A DNA stretch of 63,981 nucleotides, filler included, from Phoronis australis (GCA_002633005.1; 4 parts of 4 records of this genome joined end to end with filler, not necessarily neighbours in it); one strand, 5' to 3'. Counted from the first letter of the whole stretch, positions 1 to 14,010 are shown. Translations and numbers: made by a program. The notes: generated by a model not told the origin, from the letters alone.

Positions 1-967
1 TCCGGCTGGCCAGCCGAGCATCTCCCCATGCAGGACAGCGCGCCCCACCTAACACAGCAGCAGACCCTGCCCCCTTCCTAATCATGGTATTACGCAAGAG
101 GCTTGCAATCTCTCTGACAGGAAAAGCATTTACGCTCAACAGGTGAAGGTCTTGATGTTGTCTAGTACGTAATTTATGTCTCAATGTTTGATATAAGCAT
201 TTAAAGCATTTTTTATTTTTATCATTATATTTGATTGCTCTCAAGGTTTTCTACTTGTCAAGTATTGAGGCTTATCCCTGTCTGTTCTAGAGTGAGGGTG
301 CAACCACCATTGGCTGCTCCCCTAAGGACCAGCCAGCGACCACTCGCTCTCTTCTCCAGCCCAGCTTTCTGACAAACTCAACAGTACGCCCGGTATTCAA
401 TGTCCCTACATTTGTGAAGCCACAGCTGCGGCCAGGATTTCTCTTCAACACCAATGAATCCAGATCCATGCCCCCAAATGTGATGAATAAACCTCTCAAC
501 AGCCAAAAGCTATCATCCTCGAACAAGGTTGGTGCTTGAGGATTGTAGTCTTGGCCACAAGTACATTAATTGCCTTTTTCCGCAAAAGGGTTTCAATGTC
601 AAAGACAGATTCTGACCGACGTGATTGCTGAGATGGAATTTTTTTATGTCAGATAAAAGGATTTCAAGCATATTGTAATGCTGTAAAAAGGTTTAACTCA
701 CATACTGTCTGATGGGCTTAGTTTAAAAATATTAAAGATCTATATTGTGTATTATTATCAAATTTAAGGTCAGTGATGGGATAACTACTTTCAAGTTGCC
801 GATTTCTGTGGCCAATACCCCTTCCACAGAAACATCAACACCGAGTAGCCTCACCAGGGGTAGACTGCCGCCAGTATTTGATGCTAACTCCATTGTCCAC
901 CTAGAGGGTGGTCCAAAGACTACCAAGATACCTTGCTCAGGTCAAGAGCACAACACCAGTAATAAAG
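1..967 (+). pseudogene. RanBP2/Nup358-like cassette copy 1, 5' exons (A 1-142, B 291-527, C 769-967); diverged, exon A frameshifted
   Basis: Homologous to exons at 5938-7206, with the same AG/GT boundaries and exon sizes (237 and 199 nt). Exon A has an internal deletion relative to copy 2 that shifts the frame and gives TAA stops. No RBD or first zinc-finger exon follows. Confidence 0.7.
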
Positions 968-3828
968 GTATAGTAAAAAGAAACATATTAAGCTTGTAGT
1001 AGCAGTTTTGTTGAAGATGGTTGTTAGGAGTTGTGAAAAATAGTCCCAAGAGTTTAATGAATACTGTCCTAGTGTATGTTAGATCTCAAAGTGACTACCA
1101 TAACATTGTGCTTTTGTAGGCCTGGTAGTCTGCAACTGCTTATACGTTGGTGAGTGACTTTCCTTGAGGACTTATAATTGCCATCACGTGGTTGAACAGA
1201 GATGTTGACGATCATTAACATTGGAGATTTTTGCGAAAATAAAAGCAAAATAAAAGTACATTCACGTAACAAATCGAATACTGTTCTGAAAATGCTCCAA
1301 GCAGCTGTTGAAGTGTTGTCTGAGATAAAATCAGTTTAACTCTCACTTGAAGGTTGGGCATTTTTCATCATGATTCATGCTTCATTGTCACTGATTCTAT
1401 CTCTTCATTGTAATTATTCAGTGTCAGGTATGGAACTGTCATTCAAGACGTTTAATGTATTTTACCCTTTTTGAAAAATAATCTTGCGTGGACGGCCCAT
1501 GGGACTATAGTCCTCCACTTAATTCAGTGCTGCACGGTCCATGTCTTGATAAATTGAAGTTTGAGTTTTGTTGCATAACACGACGGTGGACGAACACATT
1601 AGTATACTCTCTGGCTCCTCACAGCAGGTCTTGTGTAGACACAGCGCATGGCAGCTTGCGTGAGCCAGCTGTAGTCACGCTCTGATTCGCCAAACTGAAA
1701 AACAGTTTGTGATTACTATTATGTATGCCTTTTTATGGTGCATTTGAAATGGGTGGCTCTACACTGTTGGTTGTGACGGCTTGTACGGCTGTACAGACCC
1801 AGCGAAGCCGAAGATACGTGAGCCAATAACCTGACGATGCCAAACCTGGCTTTGGGTAATGTAAGTGGTGGGTCGATGGTTTCGTTTGTCGAGGGGGTCG
1901 TGGAAGTTGCGGGTCGAGGGGGTTTCAGAACAGTCCTGCAGTGCATGTAGTATTTATTCAAGAACTCACATGATCGCGCTCTAAAATTTCTTGCCGCCGA
2001 TAACGCAATAACTACTGAAAAATAGGCTACCAATCTTTCGTACTGCTGAAATCTGACCACACAGCTCCCGTTTGTCGTAGATAGAGAAGTTAACAACTTT
2101 TTATCTAAAGTCGCTGCTAATGAAAAAATGACTGACTGGCAGTATTCATTAAAGAACTCCCAAGTTCATGCTCAGTCAAAATAGTGCAGAGCGGTAACGC
2201 AACCAACAAGAAAATAGGCAGATTCTCACGCAGGCCTACGGCTGAAATCTATTCACGCTGCTCACGTTTGTCGCATCATAAAGTCATTAATTAACTACTT
2301 TTTGAAAAATGACTAACTCAGGCAGTATGGAACTCCATGTTTGCAATTTTTTCATTGATGCAGTACAAATCAATTACTATTTTAAAATATGTGTAACTGT
2401 TAGTATTGGGCCAAGGTCTCTCTCAAGCTGCCATAAACGTGTCACACGCAAAACTGAAAATGATAGAAATGAGCTCATTCTTCAAAGCTGAATCATAATA
2501 CAAGTGAATGCTGAATGACTTAAACATGATACCATAGTGATCAGAGGTCTGACCAAGCTGCAGCCGTTTTCAAGTGAAGTGTGTTTATGTTGATTCTTCG
2601 TCGGATGAGCTCTTAACTAAGTCGGGATTGGCACCGGGCAAGTTGCCATGTAGACGTTTATAATTCCGCGCTGTGTTTCAAAATGAATTATTCTCATCCT
2701 AACCAATGCTTATATCAAACTGAAACAAAGTCTGTCTCATTAGATACAATTTGTAATGTCTTGAAGTGTTCGTGAGTGCAAATGTTGAGAAGACAGCAAT
2801 GACTAAACTACTGTGTTACCGGCTTTTGATGCTGGCAATAAAGGTAATTGACTAGGCACCGAGGCCGTGTGAGCGCATGCTAATTCAATGTTTGCTGACA
2901 GAAAGCTGTTGTGAAACAATTACTCGATTTCATATGCTATGGTCACATGTTAGGGGAACCTTTATTTAGAAAAACATTATTCAAATCATTGTTACTGTAT
3001 AGCCTTTGCCCAGACGGTCTGTGGAAGGGGAACCCGACTTCGCAGCTCTCAACAAGTAGGCTAGTAGATTTTCGTGGCTAATTCACATCAATAATTATGG
3101 GCACACTATTTTTTGGCTCACTATATTATAGTCTTTTCGTGACTGGAGGTTTAGTTTCCAACTCAAGCTGGTTTATGTTCGTGCCAGTTCCGGCGGCCGC
3201 GACAGGCCTGATCGGGTTCCGAGCCACTGGGCGGGATAACAAGCGTTTTGGGTGTTTAGAACTCAAAAAATCACAAGTCTAAACAACACAGATCTAGGTT
3301 CTAGATCCTGTTTGTATTTCACAGAAGAATTTTATGAGTTTATATCCGAACAGACCCCAAACTCCTGCTGCGTACCTTGATAAATTAGCCTGCGGAACTT
3401 TGTAGATTATGGTGTGTCCAAATACCAATAAATCCGTAACAGCAAAATAAAACAACACGTTTTTATAAGAACTCGGTGTATTTTTTAAGGGGTCTACATC
3501 AAAGTTTGATGATTTATTGGTGTTAAACAACGAATTCGAGCGATAAGCTCACATCAGTAACCCATGTTGTGAACTGCTGAACAGGCTGCGTGTGAAACCA
3601 ATGATGTCACTGGATAATTTCAACACCTCCATCTGCCGTCTTTGCTAAGAACAGTTTTGGTGTTAGTTTTGGTAGTGAAAATTCTTATTAAGGTAACACA
3701 ATTTTTCCTAAAGTTATTCTGTTGGTCAAAGCCGAGACAAAAATTTTCACAAAATAAGCCCCTGAAGAATGCTTGAGAGTAATTCTAATTTCTCTATTCA
3801 AAGCATCATTTCTGTCCTTTCACTGTAG

Positions 3829-4011
3829 CAGCTGCTGAGAGTAAACCAGTGGATGACTTCATGGCAAAGTTCAAGCCTCCAGCCAATAGCTGGACCTGTA
3901 ATGGATGTTATATTGTTAATAGAGAGGAAGTGACACGCTGTCCAGCATGTGAGACTGTGAAGCCAGGCTCTACACCAGCTGACTCAAAGACTACACCCAC
4001 TACAGGAGCAG
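3829..4011 (+). CDS. Isolated RanBP2-type zinc-finger exon (ZnF2 type)
   Basis: 183-nt phase 1-1 exon (tgtag|CAGCT...GGAGCAG|gtaaat) encoding KFKPPANSWTCNGCYIVNREEVTRCPACETVKPG, which fits W-x-C-x2-C-x3-N-x6-C-x2-C. Near-identical to 10116-10298. Confidence 0.8.
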
Positions 4012-4717
4012 GTAAATTAAGGGACTAAAGAGGGAAGAGTTGGCATCGCTTATTAGCAGTTGCAAACAGGTTTACTTTTAAATTATTTGTGGTAAGTCAA
4101 GGTTTCGAAATAAGTGCTTCAGCTTGTAATCCATGTTCTGCTTGATGACAGGTACAATTGAGCTACAAACTTTGGTCAGAACTTAAAATTTCAACTTTAA
4201 TTTCAAATCTTTAGCTTGGTGGTTTTCTAGGATTCTCAAAATATAGCCAAATTTGGCAAAATTCACAACATCATATCTGAAATTGCTGATTAGATTCATA
4301 TGAAACTTTCATATACCATTCTTTATGCACTGTTCAACAAAACTCTTTTAGGAATTGTTTTTAAAAATTTCCACTTTTGCACGGGGGTTACCATAAAATA
4401 GGACTTTATGATTTTGATGAAAAAATGAAAATGCATAAAATTGGTATGAAGTCAAAAATCAAATGCCTAGTTGTCACTTAACTAGGCATACTTTGTTCAG
4501 CAGTGATCAAATGAGTTTTTAGCTGATTTGTGAGAAAACTTTAATACTTTGACTCTTTACAATCTTTTGTCCCGTATGATAACAAGCAGGCCAATTATCT
4601 CCCAGCCTTCAAAGGAAACGTATGGTGGTTGCACACTATTACCGAATGCGTATGAACACAGTCAAACCCAGTGCGTCCATTTGGACAGAATAGATTGTCT
4701 TAACTTCTGTTATAGCT

Positions 4718-5921
4718 TGCTATAAACATTCCCACTAAATAAGATTAGCCTAAACCCCGGCTATGAGGGTAAAAGGTGGGGTTTGGCAGATTGAACTAGT
4801 CCGTATTTATCCACCTTGGCTGTGTCGCGCTCGGCTCACGATCAAAGGGATCCCGCCAAGCTGTTCTATTCATCGAGTCACGAGCGAGGATAATTGGCTT
4901 CGCTCATGCGTATATGATCAGCTGATTACAATCTAGCGTAGCAGACTGTAGTTTTTATGGAGAGAGTTTTACGTAGTTTTTACTGTAATAGTTGAAAAGA
5001 GGAGCGAAAAGAAATATGAATACAAGTTTGAATTTTTCAAATCGGCCCTGGATGAGATTTTGCAACACAGCAACACTCACAATTACTTTCATTCGGCGCC
5101 CACGAATACAAATATATATAGGACCCAAGTTATTTAGATTTTGGAACACATGCATTGCAATATTCAAAATACGTATATTATGAATCTTACAAGCTGTAAA
5201 ACGACGTTGAATAATTTCATTGTGCTCATTCATTGTCATCCGTCTAATTGGAAATTTCCGAGATGTGATCTGCAGCGTGCGCGTATGTGTACAAAACACG
5301 TCATTGTTATGTTCCTGAAGTACGAACATTAAGAAACTTTAGCGTGCTGTTATATTTTTGACAGGGACATGATAAAACGAACAATTTGGATTTTGACTTT
5401 AGTCTTGATACAGCGAGCTGGATGACCACTGCGTCAGTGTCTCCGTTAGACCCAGAACTTTCACACAGGCCGCGTAGTTCACCTCGTCACCTCGTCCCCA
5501 GCATGTAGATCGAGCCTTGGACTATTAACGTTTCACTCCATGGTAGAGCTAACAACCATCAGCCTGTGCACACAAAATCTGTGAGTTAACCGGCACTCAC
5601 CTTGCACGTTGCAGCCGTTTAAGTGAAAAACAACCTAGTAAATGCCATTTTCTTGCACAATATTCTGCCTTTTGTAACAAAAAAGTCTGTCGTTGATGAC
5701 CCGCTTACGCCCTCACTCTCATACGCAGACGAACTTCAAAACAAACGTCACGTGACAACAACATGTGTGTTCACCAAGAGATTTTTCTTGTGTTGTGGGG
5801 TACGATGTAGCGCAGATTTGGACTTAATCGCAATTAATCTGTACTCCACATGAACTTTAAAAATTGTAAAACATAAGGAAGATTTCAGGTAATTTGTTGA
5901 GTCGAAACTATATTTTTATTC
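4718..5921. mobile_element. Non-coding inverted-repeat element, truncated copy
   Basis: Closely similar to 19499-20526 plus 22501-22596. Carries the left-end motifs aacattcccactaaa and ccgtatttatccacctt. Ends abruptly at tatttttattc, where it joins RanBP2-like exon A. Confidence 0.6.
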
Positions 5922-5937
5922 CCCACCCTTCCTTCAG

Positions 5938-8900
5938 GCCACCATCTCCCAATACAGGCCAGCATGCCCCACCTAACACAGCAGCTAACTCAGCCTCCAT
6001 CCACTCAAGCCTCCTTCCTCCCCCCGTCGCCTCTGATCGCCACCAAGCCTGTGCAGGCGTCGGCCAGTGATCCCACAGGGGCTGGCACAAGGTCCGTTGC
6101 TGATGACTACGCTGGAGGTCACGACTATGAAGACGATTTATATGCTTATGATGATGAGGAGGACGATGACTACCCCCACCATCATCTGCCTGATGCACAA
6201 CTAGTGCAACAGTGGCCCTATGGGAGTACAACCACGGTAAGTCAGGAAAAGTCTGAGCAGCAACAAGTGACTCCTTCTAGTGGTCATGTTCAGAGCTATA
6301 CACACGAGGCTTGCAATCTCTCTAATGGTAAAAGAACCTTTAGTCAACAGGTGATGGTTTTGGTGTTGTTTACTCCTTGTGTATTAGTAGTTATGTAACA
6401 TATGTGTCTTTGTTTGATATAAGCATTAAAATCATTTTTTTGTCATTTGTGGTTGAAGAATGTTCTCAAGGTTTTCTGTTCATCAAGTATTGAGACTCAT
6501 CCCTGTTTGTTCTAGAATGAGGGTGCTGCCACCATTTCCTACTCCCCTCAGAGCCAGCCAGCGACTACTCGCCCCCTCCTCCAGCCCGGCTTTCTCACTA
6601 ACTCATCAGTACGCCCCGTATTCAACGCCCCTGTGCCGGTGCAGCCACTGCTGCCAGGATTTTTCTTTAACACCAATGAATCCAGTTCCATGCCCCCAAA
6701 TGTTGTAATGAATACACCCGTCAACAGCAAAAAGCTAGTGTCCCCTAACAAGGTAGGTGTTTGAGGATTGCGAAGTCTTGGTCACAAAATCATTAACTGC
6801 TTTTTTTCTGCAAATTTTTTCAATATCAAAGACAGATTCTGGCTGACGTCATTGGTGAGATGAAATTTTTTATGTCAGATTAATGGCTTTCAGGCATGTT
6901 GTTCTAATAAGTGACAAAAACGTAACTCGCTGTCCAGTGGTCTTAGTTCAAAAGGAATTAGATTTGGTAATACTGTTCTTAAAATTGTAATAATTATCAA
7001 ATTTAAGGTCAATGATGGTACAACTACTTTCAAGTTTCTGAACTCTGTGGCCGACACCCCTCCAACAGAAACATCAACACCGAGTAGCTTCACCAAGGGT
7101 AGACTGCCGCCACTATTTGATGCTAACTCCATTGTCCACCTAGAGGCTGGTCCAAAGACACCCAAAACACCTTGCTCAGATCAAGAGTACGACACCAGTA
7201 ATGAAGGTATAGTATGAAGAAGCATAAAGTTAACCTTGTAGCAGTTTCGTTGAATTTGGTTGAAAGCTGTGAAAAATAGTCCCAAGAGTTTCATGAATAC
7301 TGTCCTGGTGTATGCTAGATCTTAAAGGGACTACCACATGTGCTTTTGTAGGCCCGGTAGTCTGCAACAGTAAACATTGTTAAAATACAACAAATTTGGT
7401 AGCGTGCCAAAAATACCACGTATGGGTTCTGTATTACCCGTCTTGTTGTTTTGTTAAGCTGCAAGTGTGAACTTATTACAGAATTTGAATTACCCTTTCT
7501 GACCAAATGCTAAGTTTCAAAACAATTAAAGCTGGACTTGCCATTGAATTACATATGTGTGCCAACATAATAGTCACACTAAGTGGGAGCCTCGGATATA
7601 CTCGCACAATCTCATTTGTTACACCGTGGCACTCAAATAGGCAAGATGTTTTAGATTCTTATATCACCAACTTATCATTGAGATGGGCCATCATGGTTAG
7701 TATGCTAGAACATTTGCTTTCAGTATTAGGTACAGTGAGCAATGAATTGGCAGTAAAGTTGATACAACTTATTCACAGCTAGTCTTTTGTTAGAGTTGGC
7801 TTTGTCTATTGGGCCATTATGTTCTGGCGGTAACACTGTATTGTAAAAAAGCACTGTATTATCTCATGTCAGCAGGCCTGACTTGAGCCTGTTAATTGGA
7901 TTACATGTATTTAGGGGCACATTGAGAAATATTTTGTTTTTGCTGATAACAGGGAGGTCACTGTTGCTAAATGTTGTAAGGCTTAGACGCTTCTCAGAGC
8001 ATTTTTTTGTCATTGAAATTCTTGGAAAATGTAATCAATTATATTAAAGTGATGTTTATGCTTATATCTTATATTACCTAACTGTTACGTAACTGATGTG
8101 GAGATCAATCCATTGATTTATATATAATGGGTTACAAGCTTACATATACTAATTAATAAACTATTAAGTGACATAACCATGTTTAATATTCAATAATCTC
8201 ATAATCACCATTTGTTGGTCAGGTCCCCACTTTGAGCCCATCATTCCTCTGCCTGACACAATGGAAGTGAAGAGTGGCGAAGAGGATGAAATCGTCCTAT
8301 TTGAATCACGTGCCAAGCTCTACCGCTGGGATGATAAGGAATGGAAAGAGCGAGGCCTCGGTCAGGTCAAGGTTTTACTAAATGAGACCACTGGCCGGGC
8401 TCGGCTGCTGATGAGAAGAGACCAGATTCTTAAGCTCTGTTTGAACAGTTCCATCACGGCAGAGTTGAATCTGGTGGAGGGAAGTCAGCCAGGAGTGACG
8501 TGGATATGGTACTCCATGGACTTTGCCGAGGACGAACCCAGACCAGAAAAGTTTTGCATTCGCTTCAAGACCATGGACCAAGCAAAACAGTTCAAGACTG
8601 AGGTAATGCTGGAGTCTTCTTTTAAAGGTGGTCACTCAAAGACTTAACAAATGTATTTAGTCTTAAAATTTCGAATGAAATTGCATTTCCACCCAGTTAC
8701 TCACAATATCGTGACCTGTATTTATAAGTGTGTCATTCGCAGACAATGATCTGGTCAGTCCAAAAATGTTTCAGGTACATATAAATTCCCAAGTTGTAAT
8801 TTTATAGGTGTTTAATCATTTGTCCCTGTGTGTTGTTTAAGGCATTGTGTAAGTTCCAAATAGCTGTCATCATCCAGTTTTGGAAAACGTGCCTTGTAAT

Positions 8901-10298
8901 GAAACATAGAAAAACGGTTCGTCTTTAAAATTTAGACAAAAGTGTAGTACACACGTTGACCGAATTGTGTGAGCTAGTAAATGAAAAGCTTTGTCAATAA
9001 CAGCACACCAGAGGTCTGGAAAGGAATTGGAAATTCTTGCTTCAGTGCTCTGTTAATGTTTTCAACAAGATACTCTGGTGTACATTATCCATTTATCGTA
9101 ACCTTTGCCTCATTGTTTACAGGTAGATAAAATGGTTGAGAAGGCTAAACAAGTGTCACCCACGAAACCATCAGAGCCTGTGCCAGACACAACCACAGTA
9201 GTCGCTGCTGAAAGTAAGCTTGTGGATGACCTCATGTCAAAGTTCAAGCCTCCAGCTGATAGTTGGACCTGTACTGGGTGTTATATTGTGAATGCTGCTG
9301 AAGTGGCTCAGTGTCCTGCATGTAACACAGTGAAGCCAGGCTCTACTCCTGCTGCTCCTGAGGCAGGTAAGTGGAATGGGGTGTGATGAGTGATAAATGT
9401 CAAATGGACGTCTGTTTACAACAGGGGAGCCATGGTAATGGGGGAGAATTCAGTTTACTAGAGAAGGTACTGCTGGGGAAGTAGTATCTGCTCAAAACTG
9501 CCATAAAGCAGCAAATTTGGTTGTTTAGCTGCCTCAGGGGGCTTCCAGGGGTTGGTGTGTATTTTGCCGTCTTCTGGGGGGTCGCTGTTTTGGCATTGTG
9601 GTATTGTCTGCAATTAGGTATTTGGGTTTAGAGATATTGTCTGGTACCATTAGTTTAACTTGGTGTCATTTCCAGTAGTTTTTCATTTGGTATTACCCGT
9701 AGTATCCATTTTCTCAGTTTGCTCAGTTTTGAACATGTGCCACCTATGGAGGTGTCCACCTTTTGAGTGTTGTACAGGCACTCTTCAAATTTGATTAACT
9801 ATGTCTGACCAACAGACTGTAAATGTTTTGTAAATAGTGACATCTGACATGTTAATATATTTTTGTCATTTTGACCAAACATCAGATCTTAAACATGGTT
9901 AATAGTCAGCTAAATTTCGGTCCTTGCTAAGAACAGTTTCGGTGTTAGTTTTGCTAGTGAAAATTCTTATTAAACAAAGGTAACACAATTTTCCCTGAAG
10001 TTATTCTGTTGGTCAAAGCCCAGACGAAAATTTTCTCAAAATAAGCTCCTGAAGAATGCTTGAGAGTAATTCTAATTTCTCTATTCAAAGCATCATTTCT
10101 GTTCTTTCACTGTAGCAGCTGCTGAGAGTAAGCCAGTGGATAACTTCATGGCAAAGTTCAAGCCTCCAGCCAATAGCTGGACCTGTAATGGATGTTATAT
10201 TGTCAATAGAGAGGAAGTGACATGCTGTCCAGCATGTGAGACTGTGAAGCCAGGCTCTACACCAGCTGACTCAAAGACTACACCCACTACAGGAGCAG
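5938..10298 (+). CDS. RANBP2: RanBP2/Nup358-like cassette copy 2, open spliced frame: Pro/acidic region, Ran-binding domain, two RanBP2-type zinc fingers (partial gene)
   Basis: Exons 5938-6236 (alternative donor 6350), 6516-6752, 7008-7206, 8223-8602, 9123-9366 and 10116-10298, with compatible phases and no stops. RBD reads GPHFEPIIPLPD..VKSGEEDE..RAKLYRW..EWKERGLG..RLLMRRDQILK..IRFKT. An RBD followed by zinc fingers matches the first RBD/ZnF region of RanBP2. The TPR N-terminus and cyclophilin C-terminus are not seen. Confidence 0.8.
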
Positions 10299-10574
10299 GT
10301 AAATTAAGGGACTAGGGTGGGAAGAGTTGGCATCGCTTATTAGCAGTTGCAAACAGGTTTACTTTTAAATTATTTGTGGTAAGTCAAGGTTTCGAAATAA
10401 GTTCTTGAGCTTGTAATCCATGTTCTGCTTGATGACAGGTACAATTGAGCTACAAACTTTGGTTAGAACTTGAAATTTAAACTTTAATCTCAAATCTTTA
10501 GCCTGATGGTTTTCTAGGATTCTCAAAATATAGCCAAATTTGGCAAACTTCACAACATCATATCTGAAATTGCN

Positions 10575-11369
10575 GATATGGTACTCCATGGACTTTGCCG
10601 AGGACGAACCCAGACCAGAAAAGTTTTGCATTCGCTTCAAGACCATGGACCAAGCAAAACAGTTCAAGACTGAGGTAATGCTGGAGTCTTCTTTTAAAGG
10701 TGGTCACTCAAAGACTTAACAAATGTATTTAGTCTTAAAATTTCGAATGAAATTGCATTTCCACCCAGTTACTCACAATATCGTGACCTGTATTTATAAG
10801 TGTGTCATTCGCAGACAATGATCTGGTCAGTCCAAAAATGTTTCAGGTACATATAAATTCCCAAGTTGTAATTTTATAGGTGTTTAATCATTTGTCCCTG
10901 TGTGTTGTTTAAGGCATTGTGTAAGTTCCAAATAGCTGTCATCATCCAGTTTTGGAAAACGTGCCTTGTAATGAAACATAGAAAAACGGTTCGTCTTTAA
11001 AATTTAGACAAAAGTGTAGTACACACGTTGACCGAATTGTGTGAGCTAGTAAATGAAAAGCTTTGTCAATAACAGCACACCAGAGGTCTGGAAAGGAATT
11101 GGAAATTCTTGCTTCAGTGCTCTGTTAATGTTTTCAACAAGATACTCTGGTGTACATTATCCATTTATCGTAACCTTTGCCTCATTGTTTACAGGTAGAT
11201 AAAATGGTTGAGAAGGCTAAACAAGTGTCACCCACGAAACCATCAGAGCCTGTGCCAGACACAACCACAGTAGTCGCTGCTGAAAGTAAGCTTGTGGATG
11301 ACCTCATGTCAAAGTTCAAGCCTCCAGCTGATAGTTGGACCTGTACTGGGTGTTATATTGTGAATGCTG
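10575..11369 (+). repeat. 795-bp duplicate of 8503-9297 between single Ns; probable assembly artefact
   Basis: Same length and, by eye, identical sequence including the intron. Starts and ends mid-exon at N (10574 and 11370). Confidence 0.8.
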
Positions 11370-11370
11370 N

Positions 11371-11632
11371 AATGCCAAGTGAATAATAAATCGATAGCTT
11401 TCATTCAAGGAAAAATATGAACAGTTAAAACTGGACAGTTTTTATAACGTGAAAACATGGCTGCGAAGCCGTAAAATGTGTTTGAGCCTATAACTTTAGA
11501 AAAACGCAATATTTTGAGGAAATATTTTACCGCTGTTTATAGATCCCATAGGACTACCTATGTGCCAAAGTTGGTGAAAATCGGCTGACCCCCACCTTGC
11601 CGCTCATGGCTGGTGCTCTCGTGGACTAGTAC
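11371..11632. mobile_element. Right end of a non-coding DNA element inserted at TTAA in the Gypsy RT
   Basis: Ends ggctgacccccaccttgccgc...cgtggactagtac|ttaa, which is an imperfect inverted match to the left end at 22302 (ttaa|gtatcagtccacg...gcggcaaggtgggggtcagcc). Confidence 0.75.
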
Positions 11633-13875
11633 TTAATACCCACCGTGGGTTGTATCAATACAACGGTCTTGCTTTTGGGGTACACTCGAGCCCGAAGATT
11701 TGGCAGCGCGCCATTGATACATTGTTACAAGGTATACCTGGAGTAGTGGTGTATTTAGGTGACATTGTGGTCACGTTCAAAAACAGACAGGAACACTTCG
11801 AAAATTTAAGAACTGTGCTGCATAAACTATCAGACGCTGGTTTGCGTTTAAACAAGGATAAATGCAATTTCTTGCAAGATGAAATTGTATACTTGGGGCA
11901 TAGAATAGATAGGGATGGACTACATCTGACGGATGAGAAAATTCGTGCGATTCGTGATGCCCCCCGTACCGAGAAGCGTTACTGAGCTCCGAGCGTACCT
12001 GGGTATGGTGAACTACCATGGTAAATACATACGGAACGCATCCACCCGATTGGCACCGTTGTATAGGCTACTACGTAAAAACGTAGCGTAAACTTGGTCA
12101 CAGGACGAAGATCGTGCTTTCCGCGAGTCTAAAGTTATGTTGTCATCAGAGACTGTGTTGACTCATTTTGATCCGTCCAAACCTTTAGTGTTGGCATGCG
12201 ATGCTTCGCCATATGGCCTTGGTGCTGTTATTTCGCACACGTTCAGCGATGGCTCGGAACGCCCAATTGCATTTGCGTCGCATACTTTAACGACAGCCGA
12301 GAAGAACTACATTCAGATAAAGAAGGGTCTGCGATAGTATTTGGACTCAAACATTTCAATCAGTTCTTGTATGGACAGGAGTTTTCAATCGAGTCGGACC
12401 ACAAACCATTGCTAAGCATTTTTAGCATTTTTTTAAAGCTATACCACAGATGGCATCTGACAGGTTAAAGCGCTGGTCTCTGATTCTGTCAGCGTACAAG
12501 TATACCATCAAATATATACCGGGTGAGAAATTAGCAAATGCTGACGGCCTCAGTCGTTTGACCGTCAGCGACATTCCGAAGAATTCTGAAATTCCAGGCC
12601 ACATAAATTGGTTGAAGGGTCAACTGGGAAATACGTCGGCCAATGTACACGAAGTGAAACGCTTAACTGCAAGGGATCCAGCGTTGTCGAAAGTGTTGCA
12701 TTTTGTAAAATTTGGGTGGCCAGACAACATATCCGACGACAAATTCCGTCCGTACAACTATCGTTGCAATGAACTGAGTATTGAGGATAATTGTTTGTTG
12801 CGGGGATGTCGTGTGGTGATACCCCCATCGCTCCGCTCTCGTGTTTTAAATGAGCTGCATGAAGCTCATTTGGGCATTTCACGAATGAAAGCCCTGGCCA
12901 GAACTTATGTTTGGTGGCCCATTCTACACAAGGAGATTGAAAGTATGGTGCGCGGTTGTTCCGAGTGCCGCCAGTGTCGTAAATCGCCGCCAGAAGCTCC
13001 TTTGCACCCGTGGACAGAACCTGGTGAACCCTGGGAACGCTTACACATTGATTACGCAGGCCCGATAGAGGGAAAGATGTTATTAGTGGTCATTGATGCG
13101 AAATCAAAATGGATTGACGTGCACTTCAACCATTCATCGTCGTCGGCCGCGACCATTGAGAGTCTGCGGCGGTCATTTGCTGATCACGGTGTACCCCGTA
13201 TGATAGTGAGTGACAATGGATTATGCTTTACTAGTGTGGAGTTTGCAGATTTTCTGAGGAGTAATATAGTGAAACAGATATTAGTCGCACCATACCATCT
13301 GGCGTCTAATGGTCTATGCGAGCGAGCAAACAGATTGTGAAAGACGGGTTGAAGAAGATCAAAGGCAGAACTTTGAACACTAGACTAAACAAAATGTTGA
13401 TGTGGTACCGGTTGACTCCGCATAGTACCACTGGTGAACCGCCTTGCGAGATCTTGTATCGTTTGGATAACATGAGACCAGGCATTAACGTCGCGAGTAA
13501 ACAGTTTGCGCAGAAACTGTCACATGACCAAGGATCGCGTGATCGTGTTTTCAACGTGGGTGATCGAGTGTTGGCAAAACATTTCGCCAGTGGTGATGAC
13601 TGGTTAGAGGCTACTGTTGTGAATCGGTCTGGTCCAGTCTCTTACCAGTTGCAATCAGATGACCAACGTGTGGTGCGTCGCCACATTGATCATTTGTTAC
13701 CCATAGTAAATGATGGTGTTGTGGCTGAGGCTGAGCCGGAGGTTACCAGGGACGCGTTGGCTGAGTCGGCTCCTGTTCCAGGTACAGACCCTGGCCAAAG
13801 GGACGCTGTTAGCGGAACTGATGTTTCCGGCGGAGGATTGCGTCGTTCGGGGCGTGTATCAACCCCCCCCCCCCG
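11633..13875 (+). mobile_element. Ty3/Gypsy LTR retrotransposon pol, 3' part (RT C-half, RNase H, integrase); degenerate
   Basis: THRGLYQYNGLAFGV, YLGD (YxDD mutated), LACDASPYGLGAV, ESDHKPL, integrase HHCC (LHEAHLG..CSEC), HIDYAGP, SDNG, NGLCER. Several frameshifts and a stop. Runs into the N gap. Confidence 0.95.
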
Positions 13876-14010
13876 NNNNNNNNNNNNNNNNNNNNNNNNN
13901 NNNNNNNNNNNNNNNNNNNNNNNNNNNNNNNNNNNNNNNNNNNNNNNNNNNNNNNNNNNNNNNNNNNNNNNNNNNNNNNNNNNNNNNNNNNNNNNNNNNN
14001 NNNNNNNNNN

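Noticed and set aside
5908-6231. Minus-strand ORFs over the RanBP2-like exons, and similar antisense ORFs elsewhere
   Set aside because: Shadows of + strand exons or of Gypsy coding sequence.
10575-11369. An additional RBD/zinc-finger cassette copy
   Set aside because: Appears identical to 8503-9297 and is bounded by single Ns mid-exon; most likely redundant assembly.
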